A DNA stretch of 64,000 bases from Pristiophorus japonicus (Eukaryota): positions 148,366,001-148,430,000 of the forward strand of contig NC_091984.1 of assembly GCF_044704955.1 (NCBI RefSeq), in the 5' to 3' direction. A model generated the notes under the pieces. The model worked only from the letters and a program-made list of their open reading frames with translations, made no database searches and had not been told where the DNA came from. Below, one piece after another: positions 62,860 through 64,000 of the stretch. A program made the position numbers and the translations under genes. Within the stretch, counting starts at the first letter, position 1. Every line of letters starts with the position of its first letter.

Positions 62860-63082
62860 CCCCAAGTGGGCTCACTGTTCCAGTGTGAGCCCAGAGACTG
62901 AGCTCCCCAAGTGGGCTCACTGTCCCAGTGTGAGCCCAGAGACTGAGCTCCCCAAGTGGCCTCATTGTCCCAGTGTGAGCCCAGAGACTGAGCTCCCCAA
63001 GTGGGCTCACTGTCCCAGTGTGAGCCCAGAGACTGAGCTCCCCAAGTGGGCTCACTGTCCCAGTGTGAGCCCAGAGACTGAG
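62860..63082. repeat. 45-bp minisatellite, ~5 near-identical copies
   Basis: Unit CCCCAAGTGGGCTCACTGTCCCAGTGTGAGCCCAGAGACTGAGCT; it explains the 15-aa periodic ORFs. Confidence 0.95.
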
Positions 63083-64000
63083 CGTGTCAGGCTAATCGAC
63101 CGTGAGGTGTCAATCGTGGCTCAGTCACTAGCACGCTCGGCTCTGAGAAAAGAAAGACTTGCATTTATATAGTGCCTTTCATGACCACCAGACTACCCAA
63201 AATGCTTTACAGCCAATGAAATACTTTTTGGAGTATAGTCACTGTTGTAATGTAGGAAATGCAGCAGCTAATTTGTGCACAGTAAGCTCCCACAAACAGC
63301 AATGTGATAATGACAAAATAAACTGATTTTGTTTTGTTGATTGAGGAATAAATATTGGCCAGGACACCGGAGTGGGATTTGAATTCACAATTTTTAATTC
63401 AGAAGCAAGGGTGCTACCAACTGAGCCACTTGCTAACACCATTCAGCCCATCCTCTGTGCCGGCCAACAAAGAGCTATCCAACCTAATCCCACTTTCCAG
63501 CTCTTGGTCCGTAGCCCTGTGGGTTACGGCACTTGAAGTGCACATCCAAGTACTTCTTAAATGTGGTGAGGGTTTCTGCCTCGACCTCCCTTTCAGGCAG
63601 TGAGTTCCAGACCCCCACCACCTTCTGGGGGAAAATATTTCTCCTCAACTTCCCTCTACCCACACCTTAAATCTATATCACCTGGTTGTTGACCTCTCTC
63701 TTAAGGGAAATCGGTCCATCCTTGCCACTCTATCTAGGCCCCTCATAATGTTATACACCTCAATTAAATCTCCCCTCAGCCTCCCCTGCTCCAAAGAAAA
63801 TAACCTCAGCCAATCCAATCTTTCCTCATAGCTAAAAATTTCCAGTACTGGGAACATTCTTGTAAATTTCCTCTGTATCCTCTGTGGTGCAATCACACAT
63901 TTCCTGTAATGTGGTGACCAGAACTGCACACAGTGCTCTTCCTCTGGTCTAAATAGTGTTTTATACAATTATAGCATAACTTCCCTGCTCTTGTATTCCA

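Overview
Vertebrate, repeat-saturated DNA that is almost certainly from a cartilaginous fish (shark-type CR1 LINEs, Deu-domain SINEs and Ig genes). It has two assembly gaps, 23297-23540 and 60504-60733. The host genes are immunoglobulin kappa (type III/NS4-like) light-chain segments in divergent orientation. An intact C exon lies on the minus strand (24765-25093) with no same-strand V or J visible upstream. An unrearranged leader-V-12RSS / 23RSS-J pair lies on the plus strand (58686-60830) and carries several probably disabling changes (Cys23->Tyr, heptamer CACTGGT, FSKG). The most novel object is a complete 10-kb minus-strand provirus (26107-36137) inserted 1 kb upstream of the C exon. It has ~1.5-kb LTRs, a 4-bp TSD, a tRNA-Arg PBS, a coiled-coil + CCHC Gag joined in frame to Pol by a UGA-CUA leaky-stop context, a retrovirus-type RT with tether plus second RNase H, and no env. 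It looks like a lokiretrovirus/Odin-like basal retroelement. Also present: an internally deleted class I ERV with PBS-Gln and a gamma-type env (10428-17504) nested in a CR1 ORF1, a Gypsy remnant, three solo LTRs, a near-intact young CR1, a Harbinger-like DNA transposon, a 207-bp fold-back duplication, SINE-derived minisatellites, and candidate B-cell regulatory elements (a duplicated PU.1/IRF + E-box island, RSS-adjacent CTCF-like motifs, an E-box cluster in the J-C intron). All family assignments come from motif recognition by eye; no database search was run.
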